This document shows, in pieces, positions 39,053-50,320 of a stretch of DNA of 64,000 bases (positions are counted from its first letter, which is position 1; each line of letters begins with the position of its first letter). This stretch comes from Nitrospirota bacterium (lineage in GTDB: Bacteria; Nitrospirota; UBA9217), in assembly GCA_963818475.1 (NCBI GenBank), contig CAWFSF010000003.1, positions 32,001-96,000 on the forward strand. Reading direction: 5' to 3'. Below the pieces are notes generated by a model. That model searched no databases, had not been told where the DNA came from, and saw only the letters and a list, made by a program, of their open reading frames with translations. A program made the position numbers and the translations under genes.

Positions 39053-41849
39053 TCAGGACAGCGTAAAGTAAAACGTTGCGCCCTTGTTCACCTCGCCCTC
39101 AGCCCAGACACGGCCGCCATGGCGGTTGATGATACGCTGGACCGTGGCCAGGCCGATACCCAAACCCGCAAATTCATCTGTTCCGTGGAGACGTTGAAAG
39201 GCCGTAAACAGTTTATTCGAATAGCTCATGTCGAAACCCGTGCCGTTGTCTCGGACGAAGTAGGCGGTTTTTCCGTCGACCTGCCGGACCCCGAATTCGA
39301 CCCGGGCGGCGGCAGATTTTCCCGTGAACTTCCAAGCGTTCGCAAAAAGGTTGTCCATGACGGCCCGCAGCATTACGGGGTCTCCCTGGGCGGTTGCACC
39401 TTCTGCAACAATAAACTCCACCTGCCGGCCGGGATCCGCCTTTCGCAACTCGTCTATCGCCGCCTTCGCCAGCGCGCTCAGATCCACCGGTGCGCGCCTG
39501 AGTTCGCCTCGCGTCAGACGGGACAGATTGAGCAACGCATCGATAAGCTGCCCCATTTTTATGGTGGCCGCGCGCACGCGCTGAAGGTAGTTCTTTCCCT
39601 CGGCGCCCAGTTTATCAGCGTAATCTTCCAGGAGGGCAAGGCTGAAGCCATCGATGCCCCTGAGCGGCGTCCTCAGATCGTGGGACACGGAGTACGCGAA
39701 GGCTTCCAGTTCCCTGTTGGCGGCTTCGAGCAGGGCCGTGCGTTCCACCACGCGCGCTTCGAGTTCCTGGTTGAGCTTTTTGATCTCCTCCTCAGCTTGT
39801 TTGCGCTCGACGATTTTCCAGACCGAATCCATCAGGAGCGTCATTTGGCTGACGTCCCGGTCGGTGTAATCGGTGGGCCTGTTGGCAAAGCCTACGACCG
39901 CAACGATACTTCCTTCGCTGAAAACAGGGACGCTGAAGAACCGAAACAACGGCGCATGGCCTTCCGGGTAGCCTTTCTTCAAGGGGTGGGGAGCGTGAAA
40001 ATCATTTACGATGATGGGCTTGCGCTGCCTGACCACTTCGCCCCAGATGCCGGTTTTTTCAAGCTGGTAATCCGTCTGCGGGTTGGCGATCGTGCATTCA
40101 GCCATTACTTCCTTTGACCACGCGTGCAGGATAAAATCCCGCGTATCTTCACGGTAGAAATAGAGATAGCCGAATCTGCTGCCGGAAAGAGCAATCGCCT
40201 CGTCAAGCGCAAAATCCAGCAATGCTCCTAATGATGCAGCCTGAAATTGTGATATTGCTAAAATACTTTTGTTGCGCGCCTCGTCCAGCTTCTCGATTTC
40301 TTCCGCCCGCTTGCGCTCGGTAATATCGCGGGCCGCGGCAAATACGCCGAGGACGTTCCCGATTTCGTCGCGGTACACCGCGGCATTGTACAGGACCGGC
40401 GTAATGTGCCCGTCTCTGCGTCTGATCTCGAGCGCGTAGTCCATCACCGCGCCTTCCTGAAATACCTGTTGATATCCGGCCCTCGCCTTCGCCGGCTCCG
40501 TGAAGTAATCGGAAAATTCGGTGCCGATAAGCTCTTCGCGGGAACAGCCCGTCACGTTCTCCGTGGCAGCGTTCACATCGGTGATCTTGCCGTTTGTGTC
40601 TATGGTCACCAGCGGGTCGAGGCTGGCCTCGATCAGGCTTCGGTTGTAGGCGTTCGCGAGCTCCAGGATTTTCTCCGCTGCTTTCCGCTCAGCGACGGCA
40701 TTTTCCAGTTCGATCGTCCGCTCCCGGACCCGCCGATCGATCGCGCCCGTCATAGCGTCAAAAGCCCGTGAAAGCCGGCCGACCTCGTCTTGCGCATCAG
40801 TGCCGACGCGGTGGCTCAGGTCGCCCGCGGCGATGGCTTCGGCGCCTTTTTGCAAGGAAGCGTATGGGACCCGTGATCGTTCCGGCGATTTTTGACGCCA
40901 TGAACAATCCTACGAGCACCATGAAGATCCCCACCGAGATGATGATGTTTCGTAACCGCCCGATCGGCGCGTATACCTCCACTGCGTCGATCTTGGTAAC
41001 CAGTCCCCATCGCAGGAAGGGGAGGTAACGCCAGGCGGCAAAGACCTCCTGGCCATGATAATCATAGGTAACGCCGGACCCGTTTTCTCCCTGCGCCGCT
41101 TTTATTGCAGGGACCGCGATTTTATCGCGAAGATCCACGTTCCTCTTTAACGCAGCGTTCGGGTCATGCCGCAGGGGGCTCACGAACAACGTCCGGTCTC
41201 CCTCCCTTCGTGCAATTAACGCTTCGCCGGTCGTTCCCAGGCCGGTCGTGTCCTGGACAAAGGTGAAGATGGGGCCCATATCAAATACAATGGCGACCTC
41301 TCCGGCAAAAGCACCCCGCAAATCCCGTACCGGCGCCACGCCCAGCATGACGAATTGATCCCCCATGGTGAACACATCGGAAAAATAAATATCACTCTTC
41401 CCGTCAGTAAACTCTTTTTTGCCTGGCAGGGGCCTGTCGAGCTGCAGGGCGGCATGTTCGGCATTACTGACATACACGACCCTGCCCTGCTTGTCCGTGA
41501 GCATAACGTCCATGTAGTCAGATGCCTCCTGAAATGTCTTTATCTGATCGTCCAGCATTTTTTTTGCCTTCAGATATTCAGGGTTGGCCCTGCCGTTCTC
41601 ATGCCTGCTTAATACCGGCAGGTTAAGCTTGATATTGTAATAGTTCTGGGCCGCCCTGATGTCGGCCTTGCGTTCTTCAAAAAAAGTCTCGATCCTGTCC
41701 TTCTTTAGATCCGCGATGCTGTTCAGCTGGTCGATACGGACAGTCTTCAGAATGTGTTTGCCCTGAAAATAAACAACCGTTCCGAACACGATCAGCGGGA
41801 GGAGGGTGAACGCGATAAACAGGACGATCAATTTATTTTTGAGAGGCAT
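39053..41849 (-). CDS. Cache-HAMP-PAS-GAF sensor histidine kinase (frameshift near 40855)
   Basis: ORFs 40797-41885 and 39053-40855 join within the HAMP domain; SHDLRTPL; GLGIGL. Confidence 0.85.
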
Positions 41850-42113
41850 GGGACTATCGGTCCTTTCGGAAATATCTTTAGCCACGATAGCAGAGGCAGC
41901 GCCGACCGTGACTACATACGGATGACTTGAACGCTTGCATCATCCATCCTTCAAATAAAGATTAATTTTTCGTTCTCTCTGCGCATCTGCGTCTCTGCGC
42001 GAGTTCAGCCCTTTATTCCAGCTGGTGAATATGCTAAATAGGGATCTTCCGGGTTTTGTGTGGATAGTTTTTCACCCTTTATCGATTTTCTTGCATATCC
42101 CCTTCGCAGCCTG

Positions 42114-42484
42114 AATGAAATTTTTGACCCGCCTATGGCCACATCCGCTCGATCGCGCAAACTCGGCCTTTGGCCTCAGACAGTGCGCGCTCGCCCTTCC
42201 GGGACGCTTCTTTAGGCCAAGACGGGTGCCCAAAATTTCACCTGCACTCCGCGAGTGTAGGGCCGCTCCGTGGACATGCGGGGTTGTTTTAAATACGTTG
42301 CACCAGAAACTTCCCATGCGAAAATCTAGGCATGCGACCGAGTCCGAGGGTGAAGCATTTCGGACTGTCTGAGCCCGAAGGGCGAGTTTCCGAAATGTAC
42401 CGAGGACGACCGAGCATGCCGTAAAGGATTTTCGCCGGGTGCCCTTCTTTCGGTTACCTTTCTAGGGCAAGCAAGAAAGGTAAC
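42114..42484. repeat. Large structured non-coding element built from two inverted modules
   Basis: AAACTCG-hairpin-CTCAGACAGT (about 42159-42184) and ACTGTCTGAG-hairpin-CGAGTTT (about 42364-42389), each inside long stems; terminal GTTACCTTTCT...AGAAAGGTAAC. Confidence 0.7.
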
Positions 42485-42567
42485 AGAAAACGCGTAAAAT
42501 GGCGCAAATACTGCTTAAGGTAAATCATATAGGCGCTTATTCCACCCACAAGAAAGCCAGAAGATCC

Positions 42568-43131
42568 CTAAATAGTTACCTTTATCTTTAGATCAATATT
42601 GTCACCCGCTTCGCACTTCAACGTTATGTGAAATATATTGGCATCTTCAAACTTTGCGTCAGGTTCGCATGATTCGAAATATTCCGTGAGTCCGACACCG
42701 GCTGCTTTCGCGCGATAAAACGGCTTATTGCTAAAAAGCCGGTAGAACACGATCTCTTCCTGTTCCAAAGTCGCAATGATCTTATTTTGCGGGTCAACTG
42801 CGATGGGGAGCGAGTAAGACGGTGAGGTGCGTTGTTCACGACAGTCGTAGTAGTAGCTATGGTAGCTCGGAGAGCCTTCGGAAATTAACAGCTCTGCGAT
42901 GGAATTCGACATCCAGTTTACAATGGGACCGATTCTCAGATAGCCCTTGCGGATCAGTTTTTTCTTGCCGGCCGTAATGTCATAAAAAACACCGGCGCCA
43001 CTACTCTCAGCACCCTCATATATTAGATGACAGCTCTTATCTGGTGAAACAAACTTCTGTGTAACGTTGCCTGCAAATGCCATCTGCGAACACAGACCGA
43101 GAAATAGTGCGATGCTCGGAAATAGCTTCAT
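42568..43131 (-). CDS. Secreted hypothetical protein
   Basis: Signal peptide, GAGGAGG SD, lower GC. Confidence 0.7.
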   Translation of the reverse strand: MKLFPSIALFLGLCSQMAFAGNVTQKFVSPDKSCHLIYEGAESSGAGVFYDITAGKKKLIRKGYLRIGPIVNWMSNSIAELLISEGSPSYHSYYYDCREQRTSPSYSLPIAVDPQNKIIATLEQEEIVFYRLFSNKPFYRAKAAGVGLTEYFESCEPDAKFEDANIFHITLKCEAGDNIDLKIKVTI

Positions 43132-43480
43132 GATCTGTCCTCCTCAACATACCTGAAGGTTCATTTGGGGCGCACCAAACCGAATGGTTATTTCAGTAGC
43201 GGTATGGAGCGTTTCTAGTCGCGAATCACAAATAGCTTTGTTATACCCCACCATAATCCTTTCAGGGAGGTTCGATTTTATTGTATTAGTAAACTCACGT
43301 TCGATCATGTCGACATTGTGTCGGAGTTCATCTATATCAAGCTGGGTTAATATAAAATAAAATGCTTGGTCTTCTAGAACTAACTTCTTATGAAGGTCAC
43401 GGTGAACTTCATCGGTGCAAAAACTCCCCAGGAATATGCTTTCTGCATGTATTTACCGGTCTTACGGAAGGAACAGACCG

Positions 43481-44452
43481 TCATTCCTTAACCGGCGTCC
43501 AGGTCTCATCTGGATCGTAGGTGTCCTTGTCCTGGGCCGTCTTCAGGGTGTCCGGTCCGAGGTTCTTCTGGTACACCTTGCCTTGCTGATTGACCATAAA
43601 GGTCATTACTCCCGACTTGCCCCAGTTTGAAGGGAACGCAACCAGGGCGAAGCCTCCGACCATGTTGCCGTTTATAATGTAACTGTATTTCCCCCCCGGC
43701 GCATTCTTGCCCTGCTGCGTCAGGATCTTGAAGTAGTAGCCATGAAACGGGATCGGCTGTTCCTTGAAGAGGGAATTCTCCTTCTTATAGCCCGACATCC
43801 TGGCCTGCGCCACGAGTTCACCCAGAGGGCTTACCGGTTCGCCCTGCGCGTGCCTCCAGAAGAGGCCGTTCTTCTTGCCGGGATCGCTTCGGAGTTTCTG
43901 TGCATAGGCGACTATCCCGTCGCCGTCCCAGTCCTTGAGTACATACTCACGCTGTGCCTTGACATAGGTGTGGCAGACCATTATGGCCGTGAGCTCATCC
44001 TCGCCTATCCTGCGGTTCAGGATCTCTTCTTTGCCCGCTTCGGTATCAAAGAACCATTCGCCATTCGCTTTTACCAGGGGAATCGGGAAAGGCCAGTTCT
44101 CGTTGCCTATGTGAATGATCACCTTTGAATCATTCTCTTTCACAAGACTGGTTTTTTCCGCCACGTGCCTGGCAAATTCCGCTGATTCCGTGGTGTCCTG
44201 CACCGCATCACCCGAGAGAAGGTCTTGTGAGGAGGGCCCGAATATCTGGTCGAGGGCAGCCTTATCGTGTATCTTGACCGCTTCAACGAGTCCCTTCAAG
44301 GCATCTTCAGGAGTGGAAAAGCGTTTTTGCGATGCCGCTGCCGATGCCGGCACACTCCAGGCAACTACAAACGCTGCACAGACCAAAAACGCCGCAATAA
44401 AAACCATACCCCGCGATGTACAAAAGAGCCTTTTCTGTCGCCTCGTCTCCAT
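43481..44452 (-). CDS. DUF2950-family protein
   Basis: WPFPIPLVK...EILNRRIG...PFHGYYFKIL...GFALVAFP. Confidence 0.85.
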   Translation of the reverse strand: METRRQKRLFCTSRGMVFIAAFLVCAAFVVAWSVPASAAASQKRFSTPEDALKGLVEAVKIHDKAALDQIFGPSSQDLLSGDAVQDTTESAEFARHVAEKTSLVKENDSKVIIHIGNENWPFPIPLVKANGEWFFDTEAGKEEILNRRIGEDELTAIMVCHTYVKAQREYVLKDWDGDGIVAYAQKLRSDPGKKNGLFWRHAQGEPVSPLGELVAQARMSGYKKENSLFKEQPIPFHGYYFKILTQQGKNAPGGKYSYIINGNMVGGFALVAFPSNWGKSGVMTFMVNQQGKVYQKNLGPDTLKTAQDKDTYDPDETWTPVKE

Positions 44453-44517
44453 TGATCTTTCCTTTCTTAACTCAAGGTATTCCGGGTAATTAAAATAGTT
44501 GAAGCAAGCCTTCCCTG

Positions 44518-45942
44518 CTACCTGCGTTTCCTGTCGCCGGAGTCGTCCTTGCCTGCAGGACCACTGCCCCGGCCTGCCGGGGGGGCAGAAGGTCGTGCTC
44601 GTTCGCTGCTTTGACGGCTGGCCTGGCCGCGAAGGCCCTGCGTCCTGGCTTCGCCGGTCCCCCGGTAGCCGCCAAAGGCCTCTGATGGTGTTCTCGCAGG
44701 CTGGGGCTGCTGGACCGCTCGCGACGGACTGGGCTGATTCGAGCCGAAGCTGCCTCCCCGGGGAGCAACTGCTGTCGGCTGACTGTTGCTTGGAGCCGGT
44801 ATCGCCGGCCGTTGGCCGACATTCGGGGTCGGTATCGTTCGTCGTTCACTGATACTCGGAGATGGCATTGTCGGTCGTTGGCCGACGTTCGGAGTCGGTA
44901 TGGCCGGCCGACGGATAACCGGTGTCAAGGGAGCCGGCTGCTGATTGACAATACCACGGCTTTCCCGTCCGCGATCGCTGTTTGCTTGGGCATTCCCTCC
45001 GCGGCCGTATAACCTTACGGCCGGCGGCCTGGTCTGTACCGGAGTGCTCCCCCGGACCTCGCCCATGCGTGCATACCTGTCGGCGTTCGGGCCACTGGGC
45101 CGTCTTGCCAGGTACCTGGCGGGGTCACCGTGTGATCTGTCATGCCTCCATGTCTGATTTGTGTAGGGCCTGCTTCTGTTGACATACACATCCCTTACAT
45201 GAACATAGGGCCTGGCATGGTCGACCCAGCCCGGCCGGTCCCAGCCATGATAGATCACGTGGCGGCGACCCCAGTCAAAGTCCATGCTCAACCAGTCCCC
45301 GACCATCAGACCAAAGCCAAAGGTGACGAACGGCGAATAATAACTCGGAGCCTGAACATAGACAACCGAAGTGTCATACTGCGGAACGTACATGTACTGA
45401 GGTTGGGCCGGGACGATCTGAATATAGTCTCCTTCGATGATGACGGTTTGTTCGGCGTTACTGACCAGATTACCGACGGCCCTCGCCCGCCACCTGAGCC
45501 GCTGGATCGAGGCGGTCACGTCTTCCGGCTGATTGAGGAAGGCGTCTCCCAGATTGGCGGTCCAATCCATATTCTCGGCCATCATGCGCAGGGTGTCTGG
45601 ATAGTGGGCAATTGCCCTGACGGACTCGGCCCAATCCTGCTCGTCAATATATGACGGATCCCCTCCATCAACGAGCCACGCCTCCGCATCGGCAACTTCT
45701 GTCGGATACGTTGAGGCAGGCAACAGCTGGGCCAGCAGAGGGTCCGGGTAGAGCGCGATGGGAGCAAGAAGATCGTCAAGCTCCTGGTCCGTGAAGGCTA
45801 CGTATAATGTCACATCCGGGTCCTCCGCCCGGACTTGCGTGGAGAGGAGCGCTAAAAGGCACACCATCAATACAAGCCGAAAGTCCTTTATAAAGGTCCT
45901 GGTCATTAGTACAGCTCCTTCCTTACTACGGCTCGTTGACAC
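44518..45942 (-). CDS. DUF3300-family protein with Pro/Arg-rich tail
   Basis: ELDDLLAPIALYPDPLLAQLLPASTYP. Confidence 0.9.
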   Translation of the reverse strand: MSTSRSKEGAVLMTRTFIKDFRLVLMVCLLALLSTQVRAEDPDVTLYVAFTDQELDDLLAPIALYPDPLLAQLLPASTYPTEVADAEAWLVDGGDPSYIDEQDWAESVRAIAHYPDTLRMMAENMDWTANLGDAFLNQPEDVTASIQRLRWRARAVGNLVSNAEQTVIIEGDYIQIVPAQPQYMYVPQYDTSVVYVQAPSYYSPFVTFGFGLMVGDWLSMDFDWGRRHVIYHGWDRPGWVDHARPYVHVRDVYVNRSRPYTNQTWRHDRSHGDPARYLARRPSGPNADRYARMGEVRGSTPVQTRPPAVRLYGRGGNAQANSDRGRESRGIVNQQPAPLTPVIRRPAIPTPNVGQRPTMPSPSISERRTIPTPNVGQRPAIPAPSNSQPTAVAPRGGSFGSNQPSPSRAVQQPQPARTPSEAFGGYRGTGEARTQGLRGQASRQSSERARPSAPPAGRGSGPAGKDDSGDRKRR

Positions 45943-46247
45943 CCGATTCTTGTAAGCGCTTTCGCAACCAATGAGATCATTTCCCTGCTCTAAAACAAAC
46001 TGTCCTGCCTGGACATAACTGACTACTATTCTTTAAGACACGGCTTATCGTAAAAAGTTGCATGATCTTTTTATATTACGAACGTTTGTGTTTAGCCAGA
46101 CGCTCAGCGTTTTTTCCTCAAAAGCCTTAGACGGGTTGCTCTACATTCCCTGTGCAGGCCTCAGTCTCCTTATCTTTATGAATCAGTATCTGCGGCCGTC
46201 CCTCAGATCAGTTCCCACCAAAGGGACAGCCATGTTCCACATATGTT

Positions 46248-46718
46248 TTATATACAATTCACAACTTCAGCTCTTTCCTCGAAAAGCAATTCCTTCACAC
46301 TTTCCACTTCAGCAAATTGATAGGGCGACGTTTGCGCTTGCGTAACAATGCAATTGCTACCGGGCTTTTTAATTACAATCGATGCTTTAATAAACTCACC
46401 GTAATCCACTATTTTCTCCACCGCGATTGAATAACCGCCAGTAGGGCGCCCGCCAAGGCTCAGTAAAATTACTCTTCGAGAAGAAAAATCCACTGTGTGC
46501 TCGGCAACTGGTTGTAGGAATAAATACAAACTTGCATTAAACGATGCTTGATCTGTATATACCTCAAGTTTCCTATTTGCAGGCACGCCGCTTATTGTGT
46601 TGTCACCTGCCGCTATTACGGAATAGCTGACCGTTGTGTCAGCGTCAGAATTTAGAGCGCAGCTCACCAACAATGGAGCGACCACAGATAAGAGAAGTGT
46701 AAATATTTTGAGCTTCAT
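46248..46718 (-). CDS. Lipoprotein with PrcB C-terminal-like domain (cassette-like)
   Basis: Lipobox LVSC; VDFS...GGRPTGGYSI...CIVTQAQTSPY. Confidence 0.8.
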   Translation of the reverse strand: MKLKIFTLLLSVVAPLLVSCALNSDADTTVSYSVIAAGDNTISGVPANRKLEVYTDQASFNASLYLFLQPVAEHTVDFSSRRVILLSLGGRPTGGYSIAVEKIVDYGEFIKASIVIKKPGSNCIVTQAQTSPYQFAEVESVKELLFEERAEVVNCI

Positions 46719-46867
46719 GTTTTCCTCCTATAGGCATAATGACATTGATCTCAGAGCGGCTACGCTCGCTGTTTAAAGGTGCTGGGTCTATTCGCCGATG
46801 TCTTCGTTCCAGAGTTTCGAATGCGCCTGCACAAACTCTTTCATTATGGCCACACACTCCGCGTCTT

Positions 46868-46936
46868 GTATGACTGGCGTTGAACGGCGGCAGGGAGGTG
46901 GCCTTTACCGCTGTCCGCTCGAATGCGTGGTTCGGC
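46868..46936 (-). other. attC site (slightly degenerate)
   Basis: GCCGAAC-cacgcattcgagcggacag...ctgccgccgttcaacgcca-GTCATAC, directly after the stop at 46942. Confidence 0.65.
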
Positions 46937-46941
46937 ATTTG

Positions 46942-47880
46942 CTAGTGCGTCAATTCTGGATTGAACACGCCTCTGAAAAGTGCAATAATTTCCGGGGAGA
47001 CCTCCAACAACCTCTTTTTTTTGTCCTTCCAGTCCTTATCGCACCACTGACCTGTCTTAATGTAGTTCTCAGAACCACTTCCGGTGGAGAGTATTTCTTC
47101 CCCGATGTAGGCGAACTCCTCCACTCCCTTTTCCGCCGATCGGTACCTTTCCCCATATTTCATATTCTTCCAGCTCTCATCCTGAGGCACATCGCTTAAC
47201 CTTTGATAGTTGTACAACTGATACCATACAATAAATTTCATCCTATTGATCGCGAGTGCATCCGGTCTTCGCTCTTTCGTCGTATCGGCATTGACGATGC
47301 CATTGGGAGACGGCATGCCATACCGCGGGTCCCTATACCATCGCGCAACAGCTTCGTAACACGAACGGCTGTCGATTCCCTGGTGGACCTGGAGTATATG
47401 CAGGAATTCGTGTATCAACAAATTCGTCTTGAAGCCATGCATGAATACAGGATCCTCTGGCTTCATTCCCCTTTGTTCATAAATCGCCCGGTACCGTGAT
47501 TGAAGCACCGTATTGTCCCAGTCCGGACTGACGCCAATATAGCCTTTTGCTCGATATGCCTTTGCCGTATTTGCCGAGGAATCCAGAATTATCGGCACCG
47601 ATGCCAGAAAGGATCTCAGTGATGGGTCGAAGACCTCAAACGCATTCTTCAATACACCGGCGTTGCGTTCTCGCGATATTGACACTGCCTCCCTATCGAG
47701 AAACCATCTGGGCAAAAACGAGAAGACCGGAGTCTCAACAATCCACCTGCCAACCCCGGAAGAGCCAAACCCGGCGATAACACGATTCTTCATGTGCATG
47801 TTTGCAAGTATCCCACAACCAAGAAGGAACAACGCAACTAAGACTGCATTTCTCATCCCGTGAGATTTACTGGTCCTCAT
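46942..47880 (-). CDS. Membrane-anchored protein with zincin-like HExxH motif
   Basis: LLIHEFLHILQ...EEFAY. Confidence 0.65.
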   Translation of the reverse strand: MRTSKSHGMRNAVLVALFLLGCGILANMHMKNRVIAGFGSSGVGRWIVETPVFSFLPRWFLDREAVSISRERNAGVLKNAFEVFDPSLRSFLASVPIILDSSANTAKAYRAKGYIGVSPDWDNTVLQSRYRAIYEQRGMKPEDPVFMHGFKTNLLIHEFLHILQVHQGIDSRSCYEAVARWYRDPRYGMPSPNGIVNADTTKERRPDALAINRMKFIVWYQLYNYQRLSDVPQDESWKNMKYGERYRSAEKGVEEFAYIGEEILSTGSGSENYIKTGQWCDKDWKDKKKRLLEVSPEIIALFRGVFNPELTH

Positions 47881-48006
47881 GTCTATCCTTCCGCCAATGA
47901 CAAAGCGCAACCATCACACTACTGGCTTCTCAACTGATGCTTGCTCCAACGCCTGTGCTACTGACAACAAAGGCATGTGACGAAACATCCTTTCAACCTA
48001 AAAACG

Positions 48007-48172
48007 GCATTTGGACACGGAAGAATCGGAAACATCTGATTACCAGAAGTAGGCGCTTCTAAGCGACGCGATAAATTCTCAAGCAAAGCATTCACCTATT
48101 GGGTGAACCTCTTATAAAAGAAATAATCCGCCATTATCCGGCTCTTATCCGTGTTAATCCGTGTCCAAATGC
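48007..48172. repeat. REP/MITE-like inverted repeat
   Basis: GCATTTGGACACGGA...TCCGTGTCCAAATGC with internal ATCCG units. Confidence 0.65.
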
Positions 48173-48259
48173 TTTTTTAAGGTTCAAATGCTGAACCATA
48201 TATTGAATAGTTTTTCTAGAGTGACGAAGGAATGCTCAACTTCTTCAAATAAGCCGCTC

Positions 48260-48958
48260 TTACTTCAGGTATGAGGAAAAATAGGGAGCCATCTCTTTCA
48301 GCATTTTTTCGGCTGCCATGGGGACCATGATAGCAAAGACGTTCAGGTTCACCAGTGCGTGCACATTCGCGTCGCTTCGCGCTGCCTCGATCATCCTCTG
48401 GCTGAAATCCTTGTTCAATATTTTCACTTCCCCGTAGATCTTTGCAAGTCCCTCGATCCCCCATTCGGGCTTTTTGCCTGCCTGCTCCCGTATGAGCTGC
48501 GCCACGAGGAACATGGCGACCGTCCGGTAGGCCGTTTCATCCAGGCTGGCAAAGGGAAGATGATAGCGGGCCATCGGCTTGAGCGGTTCCATGATGGGAC
48601 AGCCGCTCGTAGCCATGATGACGCCGAGCAGCGGGCTCAACCCCTCCTTTATCGACGTGGCCTTGCTATATGTCCGCTCCTTGACCACGACGGTCACGTC
48701 AACGTTGTCCTTGGAGGTGACCCCGCGGAACTCCTGCACGATCCCGGGCAGATTCGCGGCAACAGGACAGTAGAGATGGCGGTCTATATCGAGCGGGCAG
48801 TTCGAACATTGCTTATATTCCAGCCGCGCCCAGGCCGGCAGGTCCTCTTTCCGCTCGGTCACGAACAGCAGGTTTTCCTTGTCAAGGTGGATGTCGAATT
48901 TTTTCGACGTGTAGTCTTGAAACCTGAAATCATATACGATCTTGATCAGCTCAGCCAC
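48260..48958 (-). CDS. Conserved hypothetical protein (DUF6901-like)
   Basis: WARL...CSNCPL...CP...MATSGCP...PMARYHLPFA. Confidence 0.75.
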   Translation of the reverse strand: MAELIKIVYDFRFQDYTSKKFDIHLDKENLLFVTERKEDLPAWARLEYKQCSNCPLDIDRHLYCPVAANLPGIVQEFRGVTSKDNVDVTVVVKERTYSKATSIKEGLSPLLGVIMATSGCPIMEPLKPMARYHLPFASLDETAYRTVAMFLVAQLIREQAGKKPEWGIEGLAKIYGEVKILNKDFSQRMIEAARSDANVHALVNLNVFAIMVPMAAEKMLKEMAPYFSSYLK

Positions 48959-49004
48959 GACTTGCTCCTCCTCATCGGAACCCGTTCCTCATGCTGCGGT
49001 CCGC

Positions 49005-49274
49005 TCAGGCTTCCTGCACCTCGCTCATCAGGGAATCGATCTTCTCCCAGAGCGTTTTGGACGGCACATACCAGTCTGCGTGCGTGACCGTGATATCCAG
49101 GGTCGCGGTTTCCTCGCTCCATTGCCCTTGCAGCCGCACGCCGTGCTTTCGCGTGTCAATGGACCAGGGATTCTGGCCGATCACGGCGGACCCGTGTGTC
49201 TTCAGTGCATTGATGATCGCTTCCACCCTTTCCCGGTTGATATTTTCGTAAGAATGCGTTCCGTGTTTGGACAT
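49005..49274 (-). CDS. Small hypothetical protein
   Basis: SD-led ORF fitting the operon between neighbours. Confidence 0.6.
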   Translation of the reverse strand: MSKHGTHSYENINRERVEAIINALKTHGSAVIGQNPWSIDTRKHGVRLQGQWSEETATLDITVTHADWYVPSKTLWEKIDSLMSEVQEA

Positions 49275-49292
49275 CTGCTCCTTACCTCTCGA

Positions 49293-50186
49293 TCAGGATC
49301 GCTCTGTGATAAAGGTGCTCAAACCCTGCTGGAACGGGACCGGCTCTATCCCGAAGGCGTCGCGGATGTCCTTCATGCTGCAGACCATGTCCTCCTGAAG
49401 CATGATGAGCTGGTCCGTGGTGATGGGCGGCTTCGGGAGCACGGTCTCCATGACCCGCGCCATGGAACGCATGAACAGGAGCGGCATATGCAAGGCAGGC
49501 CGCGAAACGCCAAGGGCCGCGGCAATGGCCCGGGTCACCTCTTCGTAGGTAAGCTGTTCCGGTCCGCCGAGCTCGTAGAGCTCGTTCAGATAAGCGTCGC
49601 TGGTCACGGCCTTCAGGAGGCATGCCACCTCGTCGTTGATGAAGAGAGGCTGCACCTTCGTTTTGCCTGAACCGATGATCGGCAGGACCGGAGATAGCCG
49701 GATCATTTCGGACAGCCTGATCGTGAACTGGTCGCCGGGGCCGTAGATGAGCGACGGTCTGAGAATAGTCGAGGGAATGCGGCTGTTGCGCACCAGCTCT
49801 TCGGCCTCCCATTTGGTCCGGTGGTACTGGCTCACGGCATTGGCGCGGGTGCCGAGCGCGCTCTGGAACAGGAAATGGCGCACGCCTGCTTTCCGCGCCG
49901 CCTCAACAAGATTGCGCGTACCGTCCACATGCACGCTCTGGAAGGTGGCGCCCGGAGCTTCCTGGATGATGCCGACGAGATGGACCACGCGCTCGATGCC
50001 CTGGGCCGCTTTTTCCAGGGACGCCTTGTCAGAAATGTCGCCCGGCGCCACCTCCACGCCGAGGTCGCGCAACCCTGTCGCCTTTGCCGGGTTCCTGACT
50101 ACCGCCCTGACAGCCAGTCCTTCCTGCCGCATTCGTTTGATCAGATGACTGCCGATAAAGCCCGTACCACCGGTAACGAGTATCAT
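49293..50186 (-). CDS. NAD(P)-dependent epimerase/dehydratase, NDUFA9-like
   Basis: ILVTGGTGFIG; YHRTKWEAE; RPSLIYG. Confidence 0.9.
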   Translation of the reverse strand: MILVTGGTGFIGSHLIKRMRQEGLAVRAVVRNPAKATGLRDLGVEVAPGDISDKASLEKAAQGIERVVHLVGIIQEAPGATFQSVHVDGTRNLVEAARKAGVRHFLFQSALGTRANAVSQYHRTKWEAEELVRNSRIPSTILRPSLIYGPGDQFTIRLSEMIRLSPVLPIIGSGKTKVQPLFINDEVACLLKAVTSDAYLNELYELGGPEQLTYEEVTRAIAAALGVSRPALHMPLLFMRSMARVMETVLPKPPITTDQLIMLQEDMVCSMKDIRDAFGIEPVPFQQGLSTFITERS

Positions 50187-50320
50187 GAAGGACCTCCCAG
50201 AAGGGTGTTTTGATGCAACACCGGTCTACTAAACCGCGAATGAACGCTAATACACGCTAATATTTTCCGCGGGTACTGTTTTGACCTTCGGCCTTCAGTC
50301 TATCCACCTTCAACCTCTGC

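Noticed and set aside
42364-42392. Hammerhead ribozyme core
   Set aside because: CTGAG...CGAG does not match CUGANGA...GAAA.
43140-43200. attC upstream of gene 42568-43131
   Set aside because: AAATAAC...GTTGAGG is present but internal pairing is too poor to call.
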